64,000 nucleotides of DNA from Penicillus capitatus (taxonomy: Eukaryota > Plantae > Chlorophyta): positions 2,233,724 to 2,297,723 of the forward strand of contig OZ287696.1 of NCBI GenBank assembly GCA_965649825.1. Reading direction: 5' to 3'. Under the pieces are notes generated by a model. It was not told the origin of the DNA. It saw only the letters and a list, made by a program, of their open reading frames with translations, and made no database searches. Below are positions 39,506 to 52,625 of the stretch, piece after piece (the stretch's first letter is position 1; each line of letters opens with the position of its first letter). A program made the position numbers and the translations under genes.

Positions 39506-41743
39506 ATGGCGTCACCGCCCAGTGAAGGAAAGTCCACAGCAGAGACGGCAATGCCAAAACCGCCCCTCCCTAGTCCCTTTGTATCTCGCAAATCAGAATC
39601 GTTTCGTGGAGTTTCGTACTCGCCCCCGGGCGAGGTAGACCCAGTCGCAACGCAGCAGCCAGAGACGACGACGGGAATAAGATCCTTTATTCAGAGTTTT
39701 TGGTCAGGCAGCGGTTCGCTCCCTGCACATGCACGTTCCGATTCGGTGGTGGACGAATTGGCTCGACGGAATTCTAGCGGAGGAGGGAAACGAAACGATG
39801 CAGAGCTGCCACCCAAAGCGACGCGCACCAGTTCGACGCCGCCGGCAGCAGTTGGATTGCCGAGTGTGACACTCGTGGCAACGGAAGCGCCGCCTTCGAA
39901 AGAAACGGAGACATCGGAAATGAATGCGGATACAACATCCGAACGGACAGCAGTACACCAACAGAGCTCGATTCAAAAGGAAAGTGTGTTAGAAAACAAG
40001 AAAGAGGAAAAACAGACCCTTACCACAGAGAAAGGTCCCTCATCTAACTAACCACAGCGAACGGTGCCGTTAGGGTGGCGTGATGATATGTAGGGGAAGA
40101 AAAGGTAGATACGGTACACGTAGAGAAGGCGATAGACCGTACTGGAACCGAGACGATGAATCCGCCTGAGGGGCTGTCTGTTGTGATGGGGGGTTCATCG
40201 GCGACGGAGGCCGCGGCTGGAAAGGAGAAGACATTTGTGGAAGAAGGCGAAAAGCCTGTGGCAATGGAACCTTCTGCTGTGGCTGAAACCCCGAAGCCGC
40301 CGATGCATGATGTCCAATCGCCTCCCACTGCTCCTGCTCCTGCTCCGACGGAACCGATCGAGAAATCCTCAACTGCGGAGAAAGGAACGGGCGTGACGGA
40401 GGGATCAGATCTGAACGAGAGTGCCCCAGTAAAGAAATCCGATTTGCGTAAGGCAGAAACGATGCCTAAATCTTCTCAACAACCAGGTCTCTTCCAAAAA
40501 ATCTTTTCGTTCGGCGGCCGATCAAGGGCAGAACCTAAACAACTCGTTAACAAGGAAGAAGTGGAGCCCGTGAAACCGACGGAGGCTGTCGTTGAGGAGG
40601 CGAAGATTCCGGGCGACGACTCAGCAAAACTATCCGAATCTTCCACTCCCGCCGACGATCCCTCTGGCAGTCGGATGCCTCCCGCCGTGCCTGATCAAAC
40701 GACGGCAAAGATCGCCAGCGACAGAACGGACAAGAAGACAGAAACGACACACGATCGTACATCTTCTGAACTGACGGCAACGGAATTGGACGCTCTTAAG
40801 TCGTCGTTTATGTCTGAGATGCGAAACAAAGGAATCGACGTTGAAGGAAAGTACACGAAGTGCGTGGACATCATCTCTGTTGTCGATTTCTGGATGCCAA
40901 CAGCGTGTGGTGTTGATTCAGGTCAAGTGTAGATTTTGATAGTCCATTGATGTTTCTTCTGGACCTGCACACATTCGCTGTCACACAACACGCATCCGTT
41001 CGTATGGAAGATGTATTAGAAGAGAAATTCGGAGCTGCTCACAAAGTACTTACAGCGTTTAGTGCAGCAACAGCTCGTCAGCGGGAATCACAGAGTCCAC
41101 AACAGATTAGTGGACAAGAGGAAACAGCGCCGTCTTCAGAACAAAAACCACAGGAAGAAGCCGAAGCTACGACGCCTTCTGCTTCAAACCCTACTAGAGA
41201 AGCGGCTAAGTCAAATAAGTTTGCTGAAGAAGTCGGCGATGAACATGCAACATCTGAAAAGCTCATTGAGCAGACGATTGTTTCTCAACCTCCTGTACAG
41301 ACAGGAGAGCACACTGTCTCTTCAAAGCCTGAAGAAATTCCACAATCGAGTGACAAAGCACCGACTAAGGAAACGTATGGACCAGGTTTGTTATGCTAGA
41401 CTCTCCAGTCGATGGAGTAATTGACAGCATACCTGTAGATTTAGTAGATACGGCTCAAGATGTGGTGTCGGAAGAACCCAAGAAAGAGGAGACCCAAGAT
41501 GGCAATGGCGGCGGTGGCGGCGGTGGCGGCGGATCTTCGTCTGAGCCTCGCGTGGAGAACAAGAAACCTCAAATCGTGGTTGACGGACAGGGGGAGCCGA
41601 AACCAAAGCCATCTCCCGTAGCATCCGCTCATGCTGTGGCGGCTGACTCTCCACCAGTAAGCGCGCCCTCTCATGACAAGAGAGCATCTTCCCCCCACCG
41701 ATCGACCTGCTTCATATGTTGTTTCTATCCTCGCGCCGACTAA
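39506..41743 (+). CDS. Large low-complexity Glu/Pro/Ser/Thr-rich hypothetical protein (multi-exon)
   Basis: Consecutive same-strand ORFs 39506-40051, 40156-40932, 40947-41399 and 41393-41743, joined by short GT-AG introns. It may extend into 41870-42170. Confidence 0.6.
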
Positions 41744-42350
41744 CCATTCCAGTCACCACACAATAAAGATATCTGTGCATATTCAGTCCTGGCCATCTTG
41801 AATAACACTCTGCCAACTGCTGCTCGGTTGCCATATCGTTTATCTTTCATCGTTAGGCCTTTTAGTCGTATTATTTTTTGGAGTATGATGACCTCATTGA
41901 CATGCTCAATTGCACGTGGAGAGAAGCCAAACTCACATTCGATTATCACGCGACCGAATTTCAAATGAAGAACTGCGATTGCATAAGTGGTATCATCTTC
42001 ATCTTCTGGACGTTGACCGTGTGTTGTATTTGTGTTGGGAAGCTGTCTATGAAATCTGTCATCGCTGAAGAAGCGTACCATACCATTTCATCCAAAGTGT
42101 CACATCTCTGTGGGGCAGAATCGGATTGTCTGTCAGTTGTTCGAATCTATATGAGACTTGTTCGTTAGATGGGTGGTGGTCCGTGTTTGGCGAGTCGTCG
42201 TCTTTCGTTCGTTCGCACTTTGGCTTTTACCATATCAACCAGAACGCTCTCTTCGTTGATCAATGAGCGAGATATACGATATCTCTATCGCAGTTATAAC
42301 GTGCACTCTCAAGGATGCGTGTAAACCATTGCACCATGAACTTCGTATTG

Positions 42351-43247
42351 TTAAAACGCAAGAGATCTCTGCTGATACCATTCATGTGACAAACAAAGAC
42401 AACGCTCAATGCTCTCGACGTCGAACACACCCGTCTGTACATAGTCTAAGCGCACGTCGCTGTCATCATAGGATGTGTGAGAGCAACGGTAAGTACTTAA
42501 GACGTCGCCATTGGCATCGACGACAACGGAGAGTATGGCGTCTGCAAACGACGCTTCGCGTTCGGTCGGGTCAATGATGAGGACGTCTTCGAAGCGCCCG
42601 ACCGTTAGTGCAAGAGGAATGGCGTTTAAGGCGATCGGCTTGCCATCGCCGAAGCCGACAACCATTTCGGCACGTTGATCAGCATCGATCTCGACGACGG
42701 GCAATTCCATTCGCTTCAATACGGCGATGCACGATAGCAGACAGGCATCGAATACGGCACCGTCTGCTTGAAGTACGGATGTCGCTAAGAGCAAACGAAA
42801 ACGCGATGTCGCGTTGGGAATGATGAAGTTCTCGTCGACAATGACGTCGGCGGCGCCGAGAACCGTCTGCAGTCGATGTGCGCATTGCTTCTCGAAAAGC
42901 ATTGCTTTCTGACGGGTCTCGTTGCACAAGGACGTCCACTCAACGGTCACTCCAACGCTATTGCCTTGTGTACTTTCTTCGACCAACAGCACCTGTCATT
43001 TCACGACCATCGCCGTTTGGGCTGCTCTCCTGTCGATGGGTCTTGCCGTGCCCGTCGTCGAAACGACCGTCGAGCCCAGGCGCGTCAGAACCTGTGCCTG
43101 TCCATCGTCGCTCTTAGACGTCGTTTCAACCGAAACCGCCCGCGCCTCGAGTAATGCGCGTTGTCCATCGAGTCGCTGACCTTTGCGAAACAGCTCGGCA
43201 CAGGACCATCGCGGAAACAAAACACGATTCAGCGAGACATGCGTCAT
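42351..43247 (-). CDS. RRP43: Exosome RNase PH-like subunit RRP43-like
   Basis: LFP...GQRLDG..RAV, TRLGSTVV, VLQADGAVFDACLLSCIAVL, PLALT, LIIDPTEREAS. Confidence 0.75.
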
Positions 43248-43281
43248 ATCTATCGAACAACAACGGCAATCCCATCCACGC

Positions 43282-44079
43282 TCACGCCAACACGAATTCA
43301 GCCGGACCGTATCGCAAACAGACGAGCGTATCTTTCCGTATATCTCGGGCCACACGGATCTCATCATCAAGATAGAGATTCTCAAACCTAAAAGCAGAAG
43401 CATGGACACGATCCATACATAGAGGGCGTAAGATCTGACCATCCCTTGCCGAAGGGCGGTATGCGAAACGGCTGTTGACTGCCTTCTTGATAGAAAGCCT
43501 TCTCGAAAACGAAATCCAGTCTCTGTGACGAGGCCACCTGAATCGAAGCATCGACGACGAAACGGGACTCCGGCTCAAATTCGATAATATTCTGTAGACG
43601 GCCGTTATCGACATCGACCACCTAACCAACCCCCTCGACACATCACTCTTTCACGCCGGAGCAGCTAGATCACACTTGGAAAACATCTCCAGGCGATTTC
43701 TTCACAAATCTGCAATTGTCCAGGATGAACAGCACTTCCTACAAGGGTGGCTGTTTGGGGTTTGAAGGATGGATGGTCATCCATCATGTGTGACTACCTT
43801 TTCGGTTGTCCATAACATCTGCCATGTGGCCGTGCTGTCAAGACCCGTCGTCTTTTTCCCTTCTCCATACGTCTGCAGCTTGTCCACGCACTTGAGAATT
43901 GCGTTTTTCTGCACTGGCGTCGTGTTTCTGCCGCGATTTGTGTCCTGGACGAGGCGGCGGAGTTCTTCGACGACAGGACGTGCCGGCGAACGTACAAACA
44001 TCTGTCCGAACGGTGTTGATTCCGCCCGAATCACAGTGAGCGGTCTCGCCATCGGTCGAGCCATCTGCGCACGTCGCAT
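43282..44079 (-). CDS. Plastid lipid-associated protein / fibrillin
   Basis: Transit-like N-terminus, TNRGRNTT, TWQMLWTTEK/EVLFI, LQNIIEF, PPFGKGW/FENLYLDDEIRVARDIRKDTLV. Confidence 0.88.
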
Positions 44080-44187
44080 CGTTCCTTACGACAGAACGTC
44101 ACATCCTTTGGTTTTCTACCCTCCGTGCTAGACCACCCCGTGACTCAGCGTTTCGTTTAGTGCCGTATCGTTCGCGTTGTGTCCCTG

Positions 44188-47186
44188 ATGACGATGGAGC
44201 GTGAAAACGAGGAGAGTTTGCTGGAAAGCCTCTCCGAGACACATCCACGAGGCCTTCACAACGAAGACGCTGCGTCTCGTCCACTCACTCAAGTAAACGA
44301 ATGAAACGACGACAAGGACGCGACGCGACGCGGCGAATGTTCGTTTGTACAGAAGCCCCTACTCAGTCCAGCTGAGCAGATTTTGGTCGGCACGCACCAA
44401 CAACCCACCACATATTCGTATCCAACGGCAGAAGCCGATAACTTCTTTGCCGCGACAAATCCCTATCTGTTGAATTCTTCAGACGTCGGCACTCTCAGTC
44501 GCAGTATGACAGCGCTCGGATTGTCCAATACGATCCCCGAAGAGCCGTCCGGTAATACCATGCCCTAAGCATGTGAACGTGATGTGACGGCTATAACGCG
44601 CCTGTAGATGTTGACTTGGACAGTAGTCCTCTGATGAACGCACGTCGCATCGCTTCGAAGTCTGCCATTGACCTGGTCGGTCTTAATGAGGCGGAAATCT
44701 TCGATGCGAATGCCTCGTTGGGTGGCGAACTCGGTGGCAGCGGTTTATCCTTGAACACAGGCAGGATGGAACATACGGTATCGAAGCCGCTGGATCATGC
44801 ATTCTCTTTTCAAGTCACATCGCTTCCGTCTCGTAGCATTATTGTCAGTAACCTCAGTGCGCTGCTGAACGACGAAAGCATTCAAATGCTCTTTCAAGTG
44901 GGTCACTCTTTCTCACACTTCTGGAAGAAATGCATGACGTTGGCAGATGTCTGGGGACGTCCAAACTGTTCGAATGGAGTACCGTTTGCAAGGCATTGTA
45001 CAAGTGACATACTACGACATCCGATGCGCCATGGCAGCGAAGGAGCAGTTGAATGGTATGGCAGTGGCAGACCAGTACTTGAATGTGCAATTTGTGACAA
45101 CCCCTGGCTCTGTCGGCTCTTTCACAGAGGTCTGTCACATCACTCTTCTCCTCCACATCAGGAAAACGTGCCTCTGTGTGTACAGGGCACACTGCTGGTT
45201 TTTCATATTGATCCAAAACTGGATGCTCAACAAGTGACGGCCCTTTTTTCGAAGTATGGAGAAGTGAAACGTGCCATCCGCATTCCGGACAAAGAAAATC
45301 ATCGTCTGATCGAGTTTTATGATCTGCGCCATGCCAATGCTGCTATGGACGCGCTCAATAGCGGAGAATCGACGCAGCTGTCGGCCAAAGTTCCAGGATT
45401 CTCACCGACAAGACTGAAACAAACCATGAGTCTGCAGCAAATTGCTGGGGAGACTGTGGAAAGCGAAAAGGTATACCAGGCAGACAGGCATCATGAAATC
45501 CGACATGCCGAGTGCACTTGTTCGTTTCAGGACGAAGACCAGGAGTCCAGGAGTTGGGATGGATCGGCTCAGGCGGTTCAGCAGATGGAGACACTCATGG
45601 GATTGAGTGACGGGCACAAACAAACGAACTTCATTCCGCTAAGCAACACAGGTTCGTCTTCTGCTTTGGAGGACCATTAAGAGAGTCGAATGGTGATGGA
45701 AGGTTTGACCAAATCCGTCAGCATCGGAAGCGGACTGTGCGATTCGAGACTGACCCTGGATTCGGGTCAGGAAACGCCAACGTCACGCGTAAACCGTGCC
45801 GTGCAGCTGACGCCTGAACTGGCAGAGGGATTGAAGATCTCGGACAGTGCGTCCAGTCTGGGCAGCGCCGTGTTTCCGGGACGCGGTGCAACGACGCCTC
45901 CGGGTTTCAATGCATCGCCCAAAGTTCAGGCGAACAGTGTGGGAGGAGGGTATGGGATGTCTGGTCTACTGGGAGGCTTTCATCAGCGCGGCATGTCCAA
46001 CAGCACAAGTGTGGAGACAGGACTCGATTCCTATGGACATACTGCACTTAACAAGCCTGTGCTCGAGTCTGGAGTGCCTTCCTTCTCTGCACAGCCGCAT
46101 TCTATGCCGTTTCAGTCAGGTCTTGGCTTGGGTATGGGCACTGGCGGCTTAGGCACAGGACAAGGAGGATATCTCCATCATCGACAGCAGCAGATGGATG
46201 CTGCATCGCTGTTGAATTCGCAAGGAGGGGATAGTTTGGTGCAGGCGATAGCTGCAGCTCAGGCGGCTGGATTGAACGTTTACGATATTCTCGGCCGGAT
46301 CCCAAATGCAAATTTGGCAACGATTTCTCAGCTGCTGGCAGCAAATCGAGGTGTTTTGGGACAGCCAGGTGCTGCAACGGCAAATCCATCGCTTCTGGGC
46401 AACATGAGTTCAGTCAATGCCGCGCGGATGTTGGCAATGCAGAATCTGCAACCGTCTGGATTTTCTGCTGGAGGTCTTTCCAGTCCGAGCTATGGACTCG
46501 GTGGCGTATCGACAGGCTCGGGCTTGGATCTGGGTAACATGTCTAAGAGTGCCAGTTCTCCTGCACTTCATGTTGGAAGTGAAGACCGTGATTCCTCTTC
46601 GCATCGTTTTGGCGGTCGGTTGAGTCGGAGAAATGTGGATCCCTTGATCGAGGCAGAGCGCCGTGCACAGCAGCAGCGACTTTATGCTCTAGACTTAGAT
46701 AAGATCCGTCGAAAAGAAGATAAACGGACAACTCTTATGATCAAGAATATCCCTAACAAGTACACGCAAAAGATGTTGTTGGCATCTATCGATGAGACAT
46801 TGAAGGGAACATATGACTTCTTCTATCTTCCAATCGATTTCAAGAACAAGTGCAATGTCGGCTATGGCTTCATCAATATGAGAGATCCTGAAGATATTAT
46901 TCCACTTGTGGAGAGGTTTCATAACAAGAAATGGGAACGGTTTAACAGTGAGAAGATCTGCTGCGTGGCATATGGTAGGATTCAAGGGAAACAAGCATTG
47001 ATCAATCATTTTCAGAATTCGAGCCTGATGCACGAAGATAAGAAGCATCGTCCGGTGTTGTTTGTAACGGAGGGCCCGAACAAAGGCGAACCTGAGCCCT
47101 TCCCGATCGGCTCGAATATTCGACCCAAGATTACGCTCAAAGAACGAGATTTCAGATCCCGTGAACGCAGCGGCCACTGGACTTAA
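44188..47186 (+). CDS. MEI2: MEI2-like RRM RNA-binding protein
   Basis: RRM1 and RRM2 (PSRSIIVSNL, VTYYDIR; GTLLVF, IEFYDLRHA) and diagnostic RRM3 DKRTTLMIKNIPNKYTQKML, YDFFYLPIDFKNKCNVGYGFIN, RIQGKQALINHFQNSSLM. Confidence 0.95.
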
Positions 47187-47672
47187 GCTAGTTTGATGGT
47201 GGATCTCTTTGTTCGTTCGTTCGTTCGTTCGTCACTAGTGGCCGTTGGGGATTTATGACATCTCTTCGTGGGTATTTTTTCCCCTGTTGTGTATCTCTGT
47301 TGTAGATTTTTGCATTTATTTGTCCTTTGATACGCCCTGATGAAGTGTGTCTGCTTGCATTCTTGGTTTCTTGCATCATGCGATGGAGGCGGCCTTACAA
47401 AGATAAAACAAAACAACGTGTTGCATGACTGGCATCTGGATCTGCATTTGAAGCCGTTCCTTACCATCTCGCTCTATTTTGGACATGATACCCTTATTCA
47501 AAGATTATTTGAGATCTGACAAGGCCTCGCTTCCCACCCAGATGCACCTTTTAGAAGAAAACAATTAAAAGGACTGCTTTTCATCGACAGACATCAGACG
47601 AATACACATGTAAGGTGTGTTATGACAGACAGACAGATAAACAGACTCCACAGAAACACATCCAGCCACGCA

Positions 47673-48309
47673 TCAAGATCGAAAACTGTTCCCTCGTCGC
47701 GCACGATTGAGGTAATCGTTGAGCATCCACGAACAGAATTCGAAATCGAGTGAGGCACTCATCCGTTCCATTTCGTCCTCGATGATCTCCCATTGCTCGG
47801 CCGTGAGGTAACAGAGAGCAGAAGATGTGAAGGAGATGCCGTTCTCCATGAGTGTTCCTTCAGGATCAGATCCGGAACGGATGAGTGTTTGGAGTGCCCT
47901 CCATAAGAGAGGATCGACATTGGAGCATCGAAATGGATCGATGAATGGGATGTCGGCATCGCCAAGCGGCTGATCGAAAGCATCTCTCGTACGCCATCCC
48001 TCATCTCCATCTCACACAACTGACCCATCTCTTCAGACGACGCAGCGTTTTACCTGGATCATCCTCCATCCTTTCCATACACAGTGCTTCGTAGGCCAGG
48101 TTGACAAGCGAGGCCAATTCCGTTGTGTCGCTCGACGAGACATCTGGATGCACGTTCTTCATTTTCTGCACGTATGCGGACCGAATCTCTCTTCGCGTTG
48201 CGCCTCGATGCACATCGAGCAGTTGATAGGGACAGGTGTCATCCGGCAGAGCAGGCGTTCTGGTGCAGTTCCACCTTTTCAACGATCGCGTTGTGTGCCC
48301 CGCGAGCAT
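47673..48309 (-). CDS. Plastid-type J-domain protein with a degenerate ferredoxin-like C-terminal region
   Basis: PYQLLDV...EIRSAY...HPDVS...VNLAYEAL (HPD motif). Second exon DAFDQPLGDADIPFIDPFRC. Confidence 0.8.
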
Positions 48310-48313
48310 CAGA

Positions 48314-49237
48314 ATGCCGGTGCGCGCACCGTGCTATCCCATTGCACAGACTTTGCGTTTCTGCATGCAGGGTTCCATGCGGTATGTTCGCACGCTAGCC
48401 GCGGCGCCACCGGATCCGCCACGATCTCTAGAAGTCACCCGTCCAAAACGCTCAGCTTCGCGACGGCTTCTTCGCAAGAGTGACCTCGAAAACAAACTCC
48501 TTATCACGCGCACGACTGGCCGGCAATTCGGCACTGTTGGTGAAGCCTGGGTCGAGCCACGACGTCTCTACGTCCAATCCTTCGACGTCATCCAGAAGAA
48601 GACGCTGTCATTGTCCAGCGAGAAACGCGGCAGCGTTGCCCTTAAGTACATTCGCGAAGTGGGTGATGTGGTGCTGATCCATGACGATCGCGATTTCACG
48701 ACCAGCTTCCTTGAAGCCGATCGCCGTCAAATCATCATTCCTGGATTGAAGCTTGTCCAAGACAATGGCACCTCCATCGGCCGCTGCGTCGATTTCGTCT
48801 TCGATCCCCAAACCGGTCGCATTGTCAAGCTCATCTTCCATACCGTCAATCTCGCCTTCGCCAAGAGTGGATGGTTTGATCAGTACGCAGTTAATGTACA
48901 GGAGATCTCACGTATCGTCCTGCCGGAAAAAATGATCTATCTACGCAACGAAGCCTCGTGGAAGAAAGTCGGAGTGGGCGAGTATCAGTTCTTGGCAAAT
49001 CTCGTCCCATCTTTCGCCGAAGAAGCCGATGACGACATCCGTTTTCTCGAGCGATCCGATTTGCAATCTCAGTATCAGACATTGCTGGAAGAGAGCCGCC
49101 GTCAACAGGCTGCCTATTATGCGCGTTATGGTCAGTCGAGGCGTCCATCAGCTGCGCGGCGACCTCGCGAGGACGTGCGGATCGATGATTGGATAAAAAG
49201 AGAGGAACGTGAAGAGCAGCTCTTCATGCAAGAGTGA
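48314..49237 (+). CDS. PRC-barrel domain protein (plastid/cyanobacterial type)
   Basis: LLRKSDL..KLLITRTTGRQFGTV..AWVEP, IREVGDVVLI, GTSIGRCVDFVFDPQTGRI. Intronless ORF. Confidence 0.8.
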   Translation: MPVRAPCYPIAQTLRFCMQGSMRYVRTLAAAPPDPPRSLEVTRPKRSASRRLLRKSDLENKLLITRTTGRQFGTVGEAWVEPRRLYVQSFDVIQKKTLSLSSEKRGSVALKYIREVGDVVLIHDDRDFTTSFLEADRRQIIIPGLKLVQDNGTSIGRCVDFVFDPQTGRIVKLIFHTVNLAFAKSGWFDQYAVNVQEISRIVLPEKMIYLRNEASWKKVGVGEYQFLANLVPSFAEEADDDIRFLERSDLQSQYQTLLEESRRQQAAYYARYGQSRRPSAARRPREDVRIDDWIKREEREEQLFMQE

Positions 49238-49304
49238 GATCATCATCGTCAGGGACACAGATGCGGAACCTTCTTGTTCAACATCACACATGGATAGAAG
49301 ATCT

Positions 49305-49553
49305 TCATTGCTGGTCGAGAATATCTCTCGGCGGTCCTTTGGCCAATTCTCCGCGCGTCGCTTCGATCTCTGCCACACGTGCTCTGGCGCGTGCGACGGC
49401 GCCGGACATGAAATAACCACCCCACGCACCGCCGGCTGTCCAAATGAGGTACTCCCACGGATAACGCGTTAGTGGAAGCTGACGTAGGGCATTGGTATAC
49501 ATCTGTGTCGTAAAGCCGAAAGCGGCACCAGTGAACACCCATCCCATCACCAT
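49305..49553 (-). CDS. NDUFC2: Complex I subunit B14.5b/NDUFC2-like (At4g20150-like)
   Basis: GAAFGFTTQMYTNALRQLPLTRYPWEY matches plant GALLGLGTQMYSNALRKLPYMRHPWEH. Confidence 0.85.
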   Translation of the reverse strand: MVMGWVFTGAAFGFTTQMYTNALRQLPLTRYPWEYLIWTAGGAWGGYFMSGAVARARARVAEIEATRGELAKGPPRDILDQQ

Positions 49554-49751
49554 GTCGAACGCACGACTCGGAAGGGGACGGACGGAAATCGCTAGAGATG
49601 TGACGTCGGGTAACGACAGCGGCAGAATGAACACGGGTCTGATATGACTTAATAAACAGCAATCAGTGCCTAAGACGATACACATTTAACAGAATAGATG
49701 ACTGAAGAGGCTCGGTCGGTCTCTTTATTAAATCTCCACAGTATCTGTGGT

Positions 49752-51136
49752 TCAATTCTGAAGCTCGGTGACCAAGGCGCCCCATTCCTTGGCGCTCTGA
49801 CTGGCGAGTTGGGCTTGAGACAATGCAAAATCTCTTAACACGGCTGACATCTCAACGGAGCGTTCTTGCTGAAAACGGGCAATCTCTCGTGACATTTTTT
49901 CGACGATGGCCTCGTAGGCCGTCTGCATGTTCTTCATCCGTGTCTCTGCTGTCTCCACTTCGCGTTCTGCCTCCAGTACTTTATCGTGTTTGGTCCCCGG
50001 TGCGCTACGGAATTTGCTGAGCTTTGCTTTCTGACTCTCGTGACTCGCCTTTGCGGCATTATAAGCGGCCAGAGCTGCTGTACGATCGGCAATGACCGCC
50101 TTAACGCTCTTCATGGTGCGCGTAAACTCCTTCATCGGTGCTTCAAAGCCTTCCGTCAACATCTTGCAACTCTCACGCGTATGCGATGACAATTCACCTG
50201 ATTCACACACTCTTTGCTCAGACCGTTTCAAGGGGGAGACAGACATTACCTGTGTGCTTGCCCAATTCTGTAAACGCTTCCTGCACGCGACCGTCTTCGT
50301 ACTTTCCAAGTTTGTCTGCCGCTTGGCCGAATTCTCCCACCGCCAAACCCAATTCGTTCTGCTTCTTAATGAGTCGCGCCGATTGACGATGCGCCTCGCT
50401 CAGATGCGATTCCAGATGTCCCAAGTACTCCTTCATTTTCAAATACTCCGGATCTTCACGATCGTCTTCGGCACCACGATGCAAGAAACTCTGTGCCGTC
50501 GTCAGTGTCCCTTTGAAGAACTTGTTCAGCTTCGTGCCAGCTCCGCCCTCTTCTTGGTTCATCCGTGCCACCGACATCGCCCAAACATCTTCCGTTGCCT
50601 CCAGGAAGAGTTTGAGCTCTTCGGCCTCGGAAAGGGCATCGTGGGCACAGACACGATTGATAAAGACTTGGAGGGCCTTTCGTCTCGATTCGATGAACTC
50701 TGTTGACATCTGGTATTTCTGTACGGCGTTCTTCTCGGGCAGCGGAGGGATGATGACTCCCTTGTACTTCTCTCGAAGCTTATCGGCGAGCCATGAGAAA
50801 TCGCGGAAGCGGCGTACGACTTCGAATTCGCCATTCGAAAACGAAGGGAGTGTTGTTTTGGTGCGAACGCGATAGGAGACGTAAGCCCCAACACCTTCGC
50901 CCTGTTTCACCGGGTCCGATACGACCACTTCAAAGGACGACCCCTTGGATGACTACACAGCACGGCCGAACCGCAATAGCAAACGAACGCACACACATGT
51001 TAAGCGTTACCCCTTCCCCGACGACAGACTCGTAAGCGGGCGGTGGACCGGGTGGAACAACACTTGGGCCCTGAGCAAAAGAAAAGACGACGTTGAGAGC
51101 ACGTCGTGGATGGCGGCGCACTTTGGATTCGGTCAT
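49752..51136 (-). CDS. SNX1: Sorting nexin 1 (PX-BAR)
   Basis: VSDPVKQGEGVGAYVSYRV, VVRRFRDFSWL, IIPPLPEKNAVQK, FIESRRKALQVF, REIARFQQER..RDFA. Confidence 0.95.
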
Positions 51137-51303
51137 GGTATTCGATGCGTCAAAGAGCGGCGCGCGTCGCGTGTTTGGTGAAAAATGCAGGAAGTACTAA
51201 ATGCAAAAATGAATGGATGCATCGTCACTTGGTATCGTTAACGCCATTTCTAGCTCGCGGCTTTTGGCGCCGACCCTGGTTACCAAACGTCATCGTCCGA
51301 GCC

Positions 51304-52625
51304 ATGGGAACAGTACCGCCTACTGAAACAGTGTCGCATCAGAGTGGCGACGCCCCCGAGAGCACAGACTTTGCCAACTACTTCTGCACCTATGCCTTCC
51401 TCTATCACCAAGTATGACTTGAATCACACATTGGCAAAGTGTGAGGAGTGAGTTTCTGTAGAAAGATATGCTGGAAGATCGCAAGAGAACGGGAAGCTAC
51501 TATGAAGCTGTCATGAAGAATGCGCATCTCTTTGAGGGACGCGTGGTGCTGGATGTTGGCACAGGCAGTGGCATTCTGGCCTTGTTTGCAGCTAAGGCGG
51601 GTGCCAGCAAAGTCTACGCCATCGAAGCGACAGATGTCGCTGTCCATGCTCGGACATTGATGCAAGCCAATAAGGCAGGATGGATGGTCAGATATCCATG
51701 CCGTTTCTCACCAGCTTCTTGTCTCAGGTCGCCGATCGCGTTGTCGTGATTCAGGGGACAATGGAATCGGTGGAATTGCCAGAGAAAGTCGATGTGATTA
51801 TTTCGGAATGGATGGGATACTTTCTTTTGAGGGAATCCATGATCGATTCGGTCATCGTGGCTCGGGACAAATTCCTTAAACCTGGCGGATCACTCTTTCC
51901 CAGTCATGCCAGCATGTATCTTGCGCCCATTCGCTCACAAGCAACCTACCTCCGCCTTCAGGAGTTCCAGGTGGTGCTAGTATCCGTCCGTCTTTGTGAT
52001 GAGGGAGATGGTGAGCATAGGGAGCAATGGCGGGATGGCATGCATTTGTGAGAGACATGCAGGAGTTCTATGGAGTGAATATGCACTGTCTGACCAAACA
52101 GTATGACAGAGAACAGCACGATTACTATCGATGTACGGCTCAGTGGAGTGAAGTGCATCCACATCAACTCATGGCGCCTCCTGTTCGATTCAAGAGCTAC
52201 GACATGCTGACAGTGACACTCGATGAAGCTAAAGTATCACACTTTCTCACACATGTGAGATCTGGAGATATGGATGTGTGCAGGCGCCATTGACGGCCGA
52301 GATGGAGTTTGAGATGCAATACGATGGCAAAGTGGATGCACTGTGTGGATTCTTTGATGTGACGTTTGCCGGTTCCCCTCAGAACCCGGCACAGCGTACA
52401 GTGCTGCTATCGACAGCTCCAGAGATGGATTCTTGCACACATTGGGGACAGCTGTCTTTTCATCTCTTCCCGCAGCTGCTGTGTCGAAGAGGTCATCTTC
52501 TGCCTCTGTCCGTGAAGATGACACGCAGAAGTGACAATCATCGATTGATGAATCTGCACGTTTCCATTCAGGATCCTCAGCAAAACAATGGGAAGGCATT
52601 GGAGTACGATTTCTTCATTGAATAA
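51304..52625 (+). CDS. PRMT10: Protein arginine methyltransferase 10 (type I PRMT)
   Basis: DFANYFCTYAFLYHQ/KDML, VVLDVGTGSGILA, VDVIISEWMGYFLLRESM, THWGQ. Confidence 0.93.
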
